From Lama guanicoe (lineage: Eukaryota): a stretch of DNA of 64,000 nt. A program made the translations under genes and the position numbers. This document shows positions 52,640-64,000 of the stretch, piece by piece (position 1 is the first letter of the stretch; each line of letters opens with the position of its first letter). Location of the stretch: the NCBI GenBank assembly GCA_013239625.1, contig MU053559.1:1428001-1492000 (forward strand). The letters run 5' to 3'. The notes beneath the pieces were generated by a model. It did no database searches. It worked only from the letters and a program-made list of their open reading frames with translations, and was not told the DNA's origin.

Positions 52640-55450
52640 TGAGGGCTCACGTTTCAGCTTGGGCATGTAAAGCATCGGGAAACCATCATTTCCACCCTTA
52701 CGACAAGAAACTGAAAATCAACGACTCTTCTTGGACCTATGAGAAGTGAAATCACACGGCAAAACACTATCCTGATATCTGAAGAGAGGTGCCTACAGGT
52801 AGACACAGGATCAGAGAATGTAAGGTGGTAGGAAAATTAAACTAGAGATTCTGACAAATTACTGGAGGCCAGTGTATGGAGCATCATGACAGTATGAAGT
52901 TCCTGGGCTCCAAACTGGTGTTTCCCATCCTCTTACATGTTTTACAGGAATCCCACCAGACGCTTACAGAGAGGATCAGGGAAAATCCCACAGAAAGGTC
53001 CCACCGTGGTGCTGGTTGGCTGAGGAAAATAGCATTCACTGTGAAATCCACCCAGACCCCTTTCCTTTATCTCTAGTACAGAACAAAAAGCTTAATCTGC
53101 ATCGGGGAGTGGAGGAAGGACTTGAAACCCATGGCCTGAGGATACTGGTGGAACAGAGAAAAAAGAAAAAGAAACACCACCCCTGCAGGAGCGGGAAGAA
53201 ATCTTGTGAAGAATACACAAGATCCAAGTTCCAATACCTGCCTAAGTCTAAGGCTTAATCAAATCATCAGAGAACTCCCCCTCCCCTACTACCACCAGCT
53301 ACGTGGTTAGTAAGTGGAATACAACTGGGAGAGCTACGAGGGAAGGCTCCTGGGAAACAGCACAAAGGAAAAACCCAAAGTCAAGCAAGAGTCAAAAAGA
53401 AGGTATCACTAGAGGAATCAGAAATCTCTGGTGCCCACAGCAAAAACAAACATCGAACACAGGCCAGCTCCTGACTAGATTAACTTAAACCCCTACACTA
53501 AAGGCAGAGCAGAAGGAAATCTGTGTTCTTCTCCTGACCATGTTCAACTTTCAACATATTTATGAGACATAATAAAAGGCAGGAAAATATTCCAAATGAC
53601 AAAACAATCATCAGATCCAGACTCAGTATGACACAGAAGTTGGTACTATCAGAAATGAAATTTAAAAGAATTATGATTAATACGTTAAAGACTCTCTAGT
53701 GGAAAAGGTAGACAATACGCAAGACCAGATGGATAATGTCAGCAAAGAAATGGTTAAGTGTAATGAAGAATCAAATGGAGATGCTCAATGAAAACATATT
53801 AAAAAAAAAAGCCAACATGCTCAACAGCAGACTTGACACAGGCAAGAAAAGAATCAGTGAGCATGAAGATCAAGTTTATTGATCAGGTCAATAAAAATAA
53901 AAACAAAGACAGACAAAAGAGTGGAAAAAATAGAACACAGCATTCAAGAACTGTGGGACAATATCAAACAGTATGACGTATTTGTAATTGTAACCCCAGA
54001 AAGAAGGAAAAAAGAGAACAAGGCACAAGAATTATTTTGAAGAAATAATGGTTGAGAACTTTCCAAACTAGTCACAGACAACAATCCAAAGATACAAGAA
54101 GCTCAGAGAACACCAAGCAGGATAAATATGAAAAAACAAAAAAGCCACACCTAGGCAAAGACAGAGATTGAAGGCAGCCAGAGAAAAAAAGACATTAACT
54201 ATGGAGGACCAAGGATAAGAATTACAGTAGACTTCACAGAAACCATGAAAAAAAAAAGGAAACCATGCAAGCAAGGCAACAGTAGAGTAATATGTTGAGA
54301 GAGGAAAAGAAACTGGCAACTCAGAATTCCATATCCCATGAAAATGTCCTTTTAAAGTGAAGAAAAAAATGAAGACTTTCTCAGATAAACAAAAACAAAG
54401 AACTTACTGCCAGCAGACCTGACATAAAAGAAATGTTAAAGGAAAATTCTTCATGCAGAAAGATTATGATTAAGGTGAGAACCTGGATTGGTATAGAAAG
54501 AAATAAAGAGCATTGGAGAAGGAATAAATGAAGGTAGAGTGTAATATTTCATTTTCAAAATGTTTGAAAAGCCAATTTCCCAGACACCAGCCAAGGGCCA
54601 ATCTTGCAAGCAGGCCTTCTAAAGATAGCCACCTTGGGCCTGCTTCAGCACAATAGGGTACATATTAAAAACAAAAACAAAAACAAAAACAAAAACAAAA
54701 ACAAAAACAAAAACAAAAACAAACCTACAGCTAGCATCATACTTAATGGTGAGAGAGAGAATGCTTTCCAAGATTGGAACAAATTAAGGATGTCCTCTCT
54801 CACCACAATTCTGATAAAGAAGAAAAATAAAAGTACTCATATTACCTGATTTTAAGACTTCTTATAAAGCTATCGTAGTCAAGACAGAGGCACACAGATC
54901 AATCCAACAGAATAGAGCTCAGTAATAGACCCACACAAGCACAGTTATATTTTTGACACAGGTACAAAAGCAATTCAATGGACAGTCTTTTCAACAAATA
55001 GTTCTGGAACTACTGGACATCCATATGCAGGAAGATGAACTTTGACACACATTCCTCCTTTTTATGGCTGGTGGGAATGCAAAATGGTAGAACCACTTTG
55101 GAAGACAGTTTGGCAGTTTCTTATAAAAACTCAGCAATCCCATTCCTAGGTATTTACCCAAATGAACTGAAAACTTATGTCCACACAAAATGTTTATTTC
55201 AGCTTTATTCATGATCGCCAAGAAACTGGAAGACACCAAGTTGTCCTCAAACAGGTGAATGAACAAACTGTGGCACATCCATAAAATAGAATACAATTCA
55301 GTGATAAAAAGGAACAGGCTATTAATTCACATAACATGGATGAATCAAGTAAAAGAAGCAAGATCAAAACAAGGCTACATATTGCATGATTCCACTCAAA
55401 TGACATTCTGGGAAAGGGAGGGCTATAGTAAAAAAATCAGAAGTGTACTA
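52640..55450 (+). mobile_element. Old L1 5' UTR/ORF1 and fragmented ORF2/3' UTR, with a MER68/77-type LTR fragment at about 54572-54650
   Basis: ORF1 motifs (caagaactgtgggacaatatcaaa; gaagaaataatggttgagaactttccaaa; caagaagctcagagaacaccaagcag). Confidence 0.75.
54667..54720. repeat. (AAAAAC)9 microsatellite
   Basis: Read directly; explains the NKNKNK ORF. Confidence 0.95.
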
Positions 55451-55569
55451 TTCTGAGGCATTTCTAGGAAGCAAAACTGACTGGATTTATTTTTTTTAAC
55501 AGGGATAGTTCTGACCAGGTCAACTTGAGCAGAAGTCCATGGAAGTTTACATCACCATCACCATATACC

Positions 55570-56050
55570 ATCTCTTTTTAAATAAGTGTATTTAATTTTT
55601 TAAATATGACAATATATTCATGTGTCTTAAAATTCCAAAAGAATATATATAAGTTTATGCAGTGAAAAGTCTCCCTCCCACCCTCTACTCCTGGTCATGC
55701 ATGCCCCAAAGCTATCAGTGTCTTAAATATCCTTGCAGAAATATGTTTTATGTGTACGTAAGCAAAAATATACATATTATTGCCCCACTATCTATTTTAC
55801 ACAAATGGTAGTATACAGTGCATGCCGTTGTTTCTTGTTTTTTCATCTTGTACAACTTGAAGATCATGCAATATCAATGTAATATTCTGCTGTATAATCA
55901 AACCTTGACAGATCCTTAGGACATATCCACTCTTCTGCTATTATCAGCAATACTCCAAGTAATATGCAAATATTTGTCGAACATATTCCTGGGAGTGTTT
56001 GCTGGGTCAAATGATATGTGCATTTATAATTTTGATGGCTCTTTCCAAGT
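55570..56050 (-). mobile_element. L1ME-like 3' UTR
   Basis: cagtgaaaagtctccctcccaccc; ttttacacaaatggtagtatac; tgctgggtcaaatgatatgtgcattt. Confidence 0.65.
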
Positions 56051-56904
56051 CACTGACTTTTAAAATGTCAGGGATTTTTCATTTTTATCCTAGGAGGGAA
56101 AAAAGCAAGCTGAGATTCTATTACCGGGCAATTTTCTGGAGGAATGTACAGCTCTAAGATGTACAAAGTGAGCTTTCTATTCAGTTCCCCACACATGCTT
56201 CCTAGGTTCCACATACATTTTCATGTAATGTATTTCAGGCCACAAGCTGGTTGTGAAGCTTATTTCAGGTATGTAAAAGGTCTTACTTCTAGAATCTTCA
56301 CAGGCAAAGGCCAAAGGCTGATAGCCCAAATCGCTGGTCACTGATCACTCACTTTACAGCACAATGCTGGATTCTTTACTGCAATCACAAGGAGATTTTT
56401 AAAATCTTGACCAAATAAAACATATCTACAGAGTATCCTTTGTCCTTATTATAATGCCCAAATAAGGATTTCTTTTAAATAAAACTATAAATCACACAAA
56501 GGTTATGAAGAAAGGCTGCAAATGTTTCTTTCATCTTTTAGTAGTGATGGATTCCCAATTACCACCTTTTTTGCTTGACTACAAAACCTAGTGCAATCTT
56601 GTACATTATGGTTTTTGTGATAAAGCTTGAATGGGAGACTGAAAAAACCCAGGGGCTCCTTTGATAACAGCCACACAACATCAGTGAGCAGCCAAGCCAC
56701 TCATGAGGATATCTACATCTAGAGCCGCATCATTTCCCTTTGGCTCCCTCCTAGAAAAAACATCATTCAGCTTCACTCAACAGAAAAGAAGGTAGCACAA
56801 TCACATTACTTAGCTTCAAGAATACATGGCATTTAGAAATGAGCATTTAACATGACTTAGCAAAGGAAAAGAGGTTATATGCATTAATAAATTATTATGC
56901 ATTA

Positions 56905-57270
56905 CTGTGATAATGGTCCCCAATTTTCTCCTCATCCACACCTTTGGAAGGTTCCCCCACATCTCCCTATAATGACTCTGGGCTTGGCTAAAGAAGAACT
57001 GTGCTTTGGCTGACGGGACACTATCAAATATGACACAAGCAGACACCTGAGAAGTGCTTGTGCACTGGTGCTTGCTGTCACTTGCTACTCTTTGTGCCTT
57101 TGAGATCATGATGTGAACAAGTCCAGACTAGCCAGCTAGAGGAAAGACCACTTGGGGAGTAGAGATGAGCCATCCCAGCTTGGCCTCCTATACCAACCAG
57201 CATGCCAACCACCAGATGTGTGAGTGAGGCCATCCTAGATCATCCAGCTGCTAGCTAACCACTCCCCACC
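56905..57270 (+). mobile_element. MaLR LTR (MLT1G-like)
   Basis: tgactctgggcttggc; tgacacaagcagacacctgagaagtgcttgtgcactgg; tgtgagtgaggccatcctagatcatccagc. Confidence 0.75.
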
Positions 57271-58029
57271 GCTAAAAAAAAAAAAAAAGCTAATTGTCAT
57301 AGGCTACTTCAAAGTAAATGTTTGTGGTCCTGTACATATGGAACGGGGAAGAGAACACTGATTTTCCCCATGAAGTTCACGTTGCACATAAGAAATAGTT
57401 TCAAACAGAAAAACCTGCAGTACCTGGATGAGAATAAATAAATATATAAGTATCGAAAAAATTCCTAAGTCTTCCCAGATTCTCACAAATGTGCTGTCTG
57501 CCATCACAGATGGCTCACACCAAAAAAACAAAAAACATAAAAAATTTCCATTTAGTCACTGAAGCATCTTTATCATGATATATTTAAACCAAAGTCTTAT
57601 ACTCAACAGTTCCATTTCTAACATGAACAACAATTCAGGTTTCCAGGAATTAGTTTTTCTTCCAATTCTACATTTTCCCCCATTTGACAGGGCTCTGTGA
57701 AAGCTGAAAGAGCTCCCTTAACACAGCCTAAGAAACATCAGATACATGAGCCCAATTAAACCTCCTTCTAGAAGCATTCTACAGAACCAGCTTCTTCCAG
57801 CATCATCACAGCAACTTGTTTTAGCCGTGTTAATGGTGGGCAGTAAAAAATGTTTAAGATCCACACATTGGAGCCAGAAACACTGCCTCTACTGTATCAC
57901 AAAGTAAGACACTGAAAGAGAAATGACTTTCTTAGGCCACTTGTTTAGGCCTCACTGGACATCCTTCTGGATTAAATATGCACATGCGCGCGCACACACA
58001 CACATTGCGTGGTCTAAGAAAAGGTAAAA

Positions 58030-59080
58030 ACAACTTCCAGCAGCATCCCACAGCCCTTGGAATAAAGCACAAGCTCCTTAACGAGCTTCCATAAGGCCCT
58101 GTCAATCTTCCCCTGCCTATTTCATCTCTTTCCCCAGGTCCTAGCCAAACCTCTGTGGATCCTTTCCACATCTCTCTCCCACATCTCAGTGCCCTCACAA
58201 CACCTGCTGTTCCCTCTGCCTGGCAATCCCTTCTCTCTGAATTTTGCCTCACTTATTCCTGCTCATCCTTCAGGCTCCAGGGCACCTTGCTGGTCTCCCT
58301 CTTACTTGCTGTGTGACCTTGGGCAAGTTACCTTTGCTTCAACTCTCTGAGCTTAGTACCTAGAAAGATATCCTGTGATGGGCACTTAGCACAGTGTTTA
58401 GCACACAGGAAATGATGGACAAATCATCACTGCTGTTATCGCTGTTATCTCACAGTAATCTCCATCATAACTCTTAGTACAATTAATAATTAGATATTTA
58501 TTTGCAGAAAAAATAGAAACACCTCCTTGGATCTCACCTTAATATTTAATACCTTTCGTGCTATTTCTACCCCCCACCCCCCGATACTGCATTTTTGGAA
58601 GGGAAGAAGAATGAATGTTTACAAAGCAATTATTACTTCAATTATTATTATTTTTGTGATGTCATTTGGCAGATGAAGAAACTGAGGCACAGAGAAGAAG
58701 ATAAGTAACTGGCCAAAATCAAGTGGTGGATCAAAACCCAAGTTGGCCTGACCCCACAGCCTATGCTGGGTATGTGACACCAAAAGCTTCCCTAACTCAT
58801 GAACCTGTCATCTAAGAGCAGCAAGCCTTTGGAAAGAAGGACCTTCACATTCACTCACACACAACCCACATGACTCCCGGGTATCTAACTCTTCAGATCC
58901 TTAACCAGCCTGGTGTTCCAATCAGTCCTGTAAACCCCTGCAGCAGAATATTCTTCCCCTTGACTGTGACAGTAAATTTCCTTACTACCTTTCCACTGGA
59001 TGTTGAGCTCTCAAGGGGGTGAATGTCTTTCACCTCTTCTACCCCTAGCAAATACATGTTTGCTAAATAAATTAAATGAA
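58030..59080. mobile_element. Interleaved L2 and MIR fragments
   Basis: L2 motifs (aagcacaagctccttaac; gctgttccctctgcctgg) and MIR cores (gctgtgtgaccttgggcaagttac; cagatgaagaaactgaggcacagag). Confidence 0.7.
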
Positions 59081-62000
59081 AATGTTGGAGAATATATTAT
59101 GGGTGTAAAGTTGGGGAGTGGTGGAGCGGATTTTCGTTAACACTATTAAAATCCGCCATGGTTAAGAACAAACTTGACAAAAATGATGACAAAAGAGTTT
59201 ATCTTAACCACTTTTACAATTGATAACGATGTCTGTATCTAGCACCAGAGAGTCCATGTCATTTACCGATGCATGCTCTACAGCTATAGGTAGGCTTTGC
59301 TCACCAATGTTCTGCTATTCCCTGTGGCTGCCCTTGAGCCACTCTCATGACTGGATACCTTTGACAAATACCAATATCTCAATAGTTACTCTCAAATGGT
59401 TCATAAAAAGAAACAGTAAGTACAAACGATAAAGCAAATGGGAGCAAACTTCGTCAATGGTGACCTTGGGTAAAGGGAATACAGGAGTTCTTTGTACTAC
59501 TCTTGCAACTTTTTAAAATTATTATATCAAGATAAGAACCTCTGAAAATCTAAAAAATAATTTTCCCAGGAGATTCCAACACACACGGTCTAGTGTACTG
59601 GCCATGCTGGTACCATATTCTCTTATCAGCTGTTCCAAAAAGTACACTCCAGGCTTGGGTTTCCTTGCCTATCAGCCAATATCAAGGGACAAGGAGGCCC
59701 TTGGGTAGCAAGGCTCAGCCACAGCTTCTGGGCTGGGACAGAGATTAAATTATTTACTGCTTGAAGAGTATTACTCAACACACAGGTATCTCCTACTGGT
59801 CAAAGACCCAGTACTATTTCCCCACACCAGGCCCCCTACTTTCTTCAGTCAGCTTCCCTCTGGGTTCTTATTTTCCTTTTCCCAAGCTTAGCCATGGGGT
59901 CAGGCAAATCCACCCCAGGACTCTTTTTTCTCACTGTCCCCCAGAAGAAGCGCAGAGACAGTTCTGATGGTAATAGCTTTGTTGCTATTGTCAATGGAGA
60001 GACCTACAGAGAGGAGGCAAAAACAACCATGAGGGAGTCACACAGATTCCAGAAAACAGAAAACTCACATCAGTAGTTCCTTGGTCTGTAATGACCAGTT
60101 GCCAGCATCCTTTTATTTGTTCATCACTTCTATCTACTCATTCTAGATCTTCCCCACCCCACGAACCAGGATGCTTCAGCTTTCCTAGCCACTGTAAGTG
60201 GAACAACAGGTAGAAACCTGTAAACCATTCAAATGTCCCCATATCAGCCATTTCAGGAGACTGCCACATGAGTGTCACCCAACACTAACCCCTCACCTAT
60301 AAGGTGAGATAAGTAAAGGTCATAGGAAGTTATCCCCTGATGAGAGACTTTCTTAACGTAAACCAACATATGATTGCTACCTTCCTCGGCTCCTGTTTTG
60401 TGTTTAGCTCTATGAGGAAGTCGGTGTATTATGCCCTATGATGTTCAACCTGTATCACTGATCGAAGCTTCTAAGAGCCCTCTGTAAAGCCATGACTTCA
60501 AGAACACCCAATGCCTTCTGCCTCCCCCAAAACACTTGCCTAGTTCCAGTCAGACCTCAAGTAGCGTGCAAAAAGAAATGACTTTGCAGAGCTCAAGGGA
60601 GAATTGGGTTGCCAGGGTTGGTAAAACACAAAGGAAGGAAAAGACCAGCATCATCAAGAAAAGTTTACTCAACCTACAAGTCTTCAACATCCTTTGGTCT
60701 TAAATATTTTAACTTTTCACTAACCCTTAAGTCTCAGGTATGATGAAAGCCCTATACCATTACCCGTCCTACGCCTGGGAGCCTCCTCTACAGGCCAGAA
60801 GGTGGGTCACAGGTGCCCCTAAGGCTGCTTCCAAGTCACTCCTGGTAGCCCGCTGATCACAAACACTTCAGGAAGGAGTGGGAGGCCCTTCTCCACCTTC
60901 CCCTACCTGTGACCAAGATTCACCAACTCCTACAGGTGAGAAGGCATCTACCGCACTGCCAAGGTACAGTAACACGACTCAGAAAAGTGGGAGACAGAAA
61001 GTGTGTGGGTCCTAGAACCAGACCAGGACCCTGAGTATTCCAGAAGTGACTGGACGAAGAATGCAAGGAACTCTGTCAAGGCAACGACACTGGGTTAAGA
61101 GGACTTCTCTAGCAAACAAAACTGCACAGAAAAGCACAGTTGAAGAAAAGGTGCCAATGATGGTAGCTAACACTGAGAAGATCTCACGTAATTCCCTCAC
61201 CCCTTGAAGGAAGGTATTATCCTTTTACAGTTCAAATATTTAAGTTTAAAGCTCACTGTAAATGAAGAAGAAAATGATACGTTATAGAGGTACTCGTAGG
61301 CTAAACAAAAGAGGGAAAAAACCATCTATTTTCACTTATCCAGAGAGTAATCACATGATGCTATAAAAGCATGAGAACTACACTATTCAAAGGGTACAGA
61401 GGCCTGGGATCCACATTCCCATTGTTTACAGATGTTATGAAAAGTATTAAATTAAATAAAAACACAATGCTTTGTTCAGGCCGACTCCTTTCTTACTGCC
61501 CCCTTCTACCCCCAAGATGACAAGAAGTGGATGCAGAGAAGGTATTTAAGAGAACTGCTCTAGGAAAGTGGAGTCTGGGTTGCTTAAACTAAGCCAAGAT
61601 GTTGTGCAACCAGTCTTTACCTAAATTATTTTCCATTTCTTTACGAGTTTAGGGAGAATCAGTTATCTTTATCAGGCTGAATATAGGGAATAAGGTCGCC
61701 TTTCCCTCCACACCAATGGAATCACCATCAAGTCGGTTTTGATTTCTTATACAATCAGACGGCAGAGGTGGTGTGGCACGGGGATCTCATTCTCAGCTTC
61801 ACACATGAACGGATCTCACATCCAAAAAAAAAAAAATCTCTCGAACATCCGAGACCACGGACTTCCTTGCAACTCAAAAAGTCAGAGAAGCGGCCAAACA
61901 AGTTTCTTGCCAAATGCTTAGGGGCTACATATGTCCCTGGGCTACACAATGATACCAACTTTTAACATGCCTTCACAAACCACCATTGTGGTCACACACT

Positions 62001-62864
62001 CGAGATCCCGCCCCCCCTTTCTCCTCACAAATAATAAACGCAGGTTGCCTCGTGCAATTTAAAGCCAGACCTCACAGAAGCAGCGGCTCTGAAACGCGAG
62101 AGGAAAAGATCGGAGGGAGGCTATCCTTTTTTTTTTTTAATCGATTGCCCCATGGCGGTGGGAATAAAACCAACTCGATCGCTAGAGAAAAGTTAACTTC
62201 TCTGTGCCCAGCGGTGGGAATTTTTCACCCGAACAATGACGCCAGGGGGAGGGAAAGTTCGCCAGCCTGAGGGGCGCCCGGGCTCACCGGGAGCCTCGCC
62301 GCCGCCCGCACCGCCGGGCCCCAGGTCACTGGGATTCCGTTCTTCCCGCTCCCCCACCCCAACATCGAAACCACCAGGGCGCGTCCCCGCTCCCCGGAGC
62401 ATCTGGCCCCAGGCGACCCGCAGAGCAGGTCCTCCCGCCGCGGGTCTCTGACCCCGGGAACCCTGAGAGCAGGCAGAGGACCGGGAGGGAGGGGGCGCCA
62501 GGAGTGAGCACCGGAGGGAACGGCCGCAACAGTTATGGCGCTCAATTCCTGCCCGAGTGTAGCCGCAATCGAACCCGGCCGGCCGCCCCCGCCCCCCGCG
62601 CCGGCCACCCGGCGATGCCCCGGCCGGCCGAGGGGCCACCCGTCGCCTCAGCTCAGCCCACACACGCTCTCGGCCCCAACGCGTCGGGGACGCCGGAGGC
62701 CACCGCAGTGTGGAGCCGGAGCGACCACGAGCGCGGCGAGGCTGGGCCGGGACGCTGCGCTCCGCGGCGCCCGTTTCCACTCCCCGAGGCCGCCACTCCC
62801 GTTGCCCACCCGACGCGACGCCCCCAAGCCCGCTCGCCCCGCGTGCAGGGTCGGCGGCGCCTAC

Positions 62865-63150
62865 CTTGGCGCAGCTCGCTCGCCGCTGCTTCCCGGCTCC
62901 ACACTCGGGCCCGGCAACGTGCCGGTGGAGTCTAGTCCGGGTGGTAACCGCCCCCCGCGCCGCTCGCTTTCTTCTCTCCCCTCCCTCGCACCTGCCCCCT
63001 ATCTCCTCCCAAAAAGCCCTCGGCCCCCGCCCGCCCGCCTGGCCCCTCCAGGCCTCAGCGCTGGGCAGGCGGTTGGGCGGCGGCAGCGACGGCGGCGGAG
63101 GCGGCGGCCGCGGCAGCTGAAGCGGCGCGGAGCACTATTGTATTCCTGAC
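62865..63150 (-). other. Non-coding first exon of an unidentified minus-strand gene (TSS approximate)
   Basis: Donor AAG|GTAGGC at 62864; no ATG on the minus strand across 62865-63150; GCC-rich leader; intronic L1s lie mostly antisense to this strand. Confidence 0.7.
63076..63113. repeat. Interrupted (GGC/GCC)n tract in the putative 5' UTR
   Basis: ggcggcggcagcgacggcggcggaggcggcggccgcgg. Confidence 0.8.
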
Positions 63151-63662
63151 ACTGTGCGCTCCCACGCTCCGCCTCTTCCCCTTCCTTCCCTCTCCCCCCG
63201 TGCCCCTCCCCCCCCAACGCCAGCCAACCGCCAGCAGCCCTCGCCCTACCCGACTGGCTCCCCGCCGTCCGCCTGCCGCGCGCTCTTCTGGCGGGCTGGG
63301 CGCCGAGGCCACCGCCGCGCGCCTCGAGGCTCCGCCCACTTAGTGCTCCCGCACCCGCGGCGCCGGGCTCCAGGTGGGTTCCTCTCTGCTCCCGCTGGGC
63401 GCGCTGCTGTGGGGAGGAGCCTCAGCCCAGCCAAGAGCCCGAGAGGCTGACGACCGAGAGGTGCCTTGGCTGTGTTGAAAACACTAAGCTTTTCGTGGCC
63501 CCTTTCAACTCTAAAGTTCTGTAAGTGGACCCTCCTGTATACAACCGATTGTCGGCCACTATTGATTTAAGTCGTTTGCGCTTGAATCACCCATAATAAC
63601 CAAGCCAAAGTGGCTATTAACAGAATAAATTTATTCGATCGCAAGCACAAATGGTTTCTGAT

Positions 63663-63981
63663 GTTGTGTGGCTTTTTGATGAGTCAACTTGGTGAGGCTA
63701 CAGCCCCCAGTTATTCAATCAAACACTAACCAGGGTGTTGTTATGAAGATATTTGGATGTAATTAAAGCTCCTGATCAGTTGATGTAAAGTAAGGGAGGT
63801 TATCCTGGATAATCTGGATGGGCCTGATCATTCCTTTCTGACTGCGTGCTCTATAGATTTTAGATTTGCTAAGCCAGCCCCACAATTGTGAGCCAATATC
63901 TTCTAATGAACGAATGAATAAATAAGTTTAGATATAGGTACACCTATTGGTCTGCTTCTCTGGTGGAATCCTGACTCATAC
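63663..63981 (+). mobile_element. ERVL solo LTR (MLT2D-like)
   Basis: gtcaacttggtgaggctacagcccccagttattcaatcaaacactaa; ttatcctggataatctggatgggcctgatca; ends ctgcttctctggtggaatcctgactcatac. Confidence 0.85.
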
Positions 63982-64000
63982 GGAAGTTTAAGCAAGAAAC

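Larger units (their letters stand above)
62200..63460. promoter_or_regulatory. CpG island promoter
   Basis: Abrupt switch to very GC- and CpG-rich sequence in a CpG-depleted window; multiple GC boxes (ccgccc). Confidence 0.95.

Noticed and set aside
54604..54849. ORF with an NK repeat
   Set aside because: Translation of the (AAAAAC)9 microsatellite.
62865..63150. Assigning a gene symbol to the CpG-island gene
   Set aside because: The leader felt familiar (SCMH1 was considered), but no expected coding exon could be found in the window, so no name is supportable without a search.
62193..63450. Long overlapping ORFs (up to 204 aa) in the CpG island
   Set aside because: Pro/Arg/Gly/Ala-rich in all frames on both strands, as expected from stop-codon scarcity in GC-rich DNA; no domain recognised.
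1..64000. CRISPR array, operon, defence or other novel multi-gene system
   Set aside because: The sequence is mammalian intronic DNA dominated by known repeat classes; no regularly spaced repeats, intact transposase/RT or gene-dense ORFs.

Overview
Mammalian nuclear DNA, very probably camelid (three copies of a tRNA-derived Vic-1-like SINE and several camelid-type young L1 3' ends). The window looks like the 5' end of a minus-strand RNA polymerase II gene that I cannot name. It has a CpG-island promoter and an ATG-free first exon at about 62.9-63.15 kb, followed leftward by roughly 60 kb of repeat-rich intron containing a few candidate 5'-UTR exons (best: a 39-nt microexon at 4692-4730). No host protein-coding exon could be supported; the ORF-track entries are L1 remnants or chance ORFs. 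Much of the window is transposon debris (L1, L2, L3, MIR, MaLR/ERVL LTRs, hAT/Tc-mariner MITEs). Subfamily names are from recall of consensus sequences, not from a search. I see no evidence of a novel multi-gene system. The most interesting signals are two TSD-bounded putative L1 3' transductions, a twin-primed 5'-inverted L1, a candidate internal CCAAT/ETS promoter flanked by divergent splice donors, and a segment with apparently reversed strand asymmetry.
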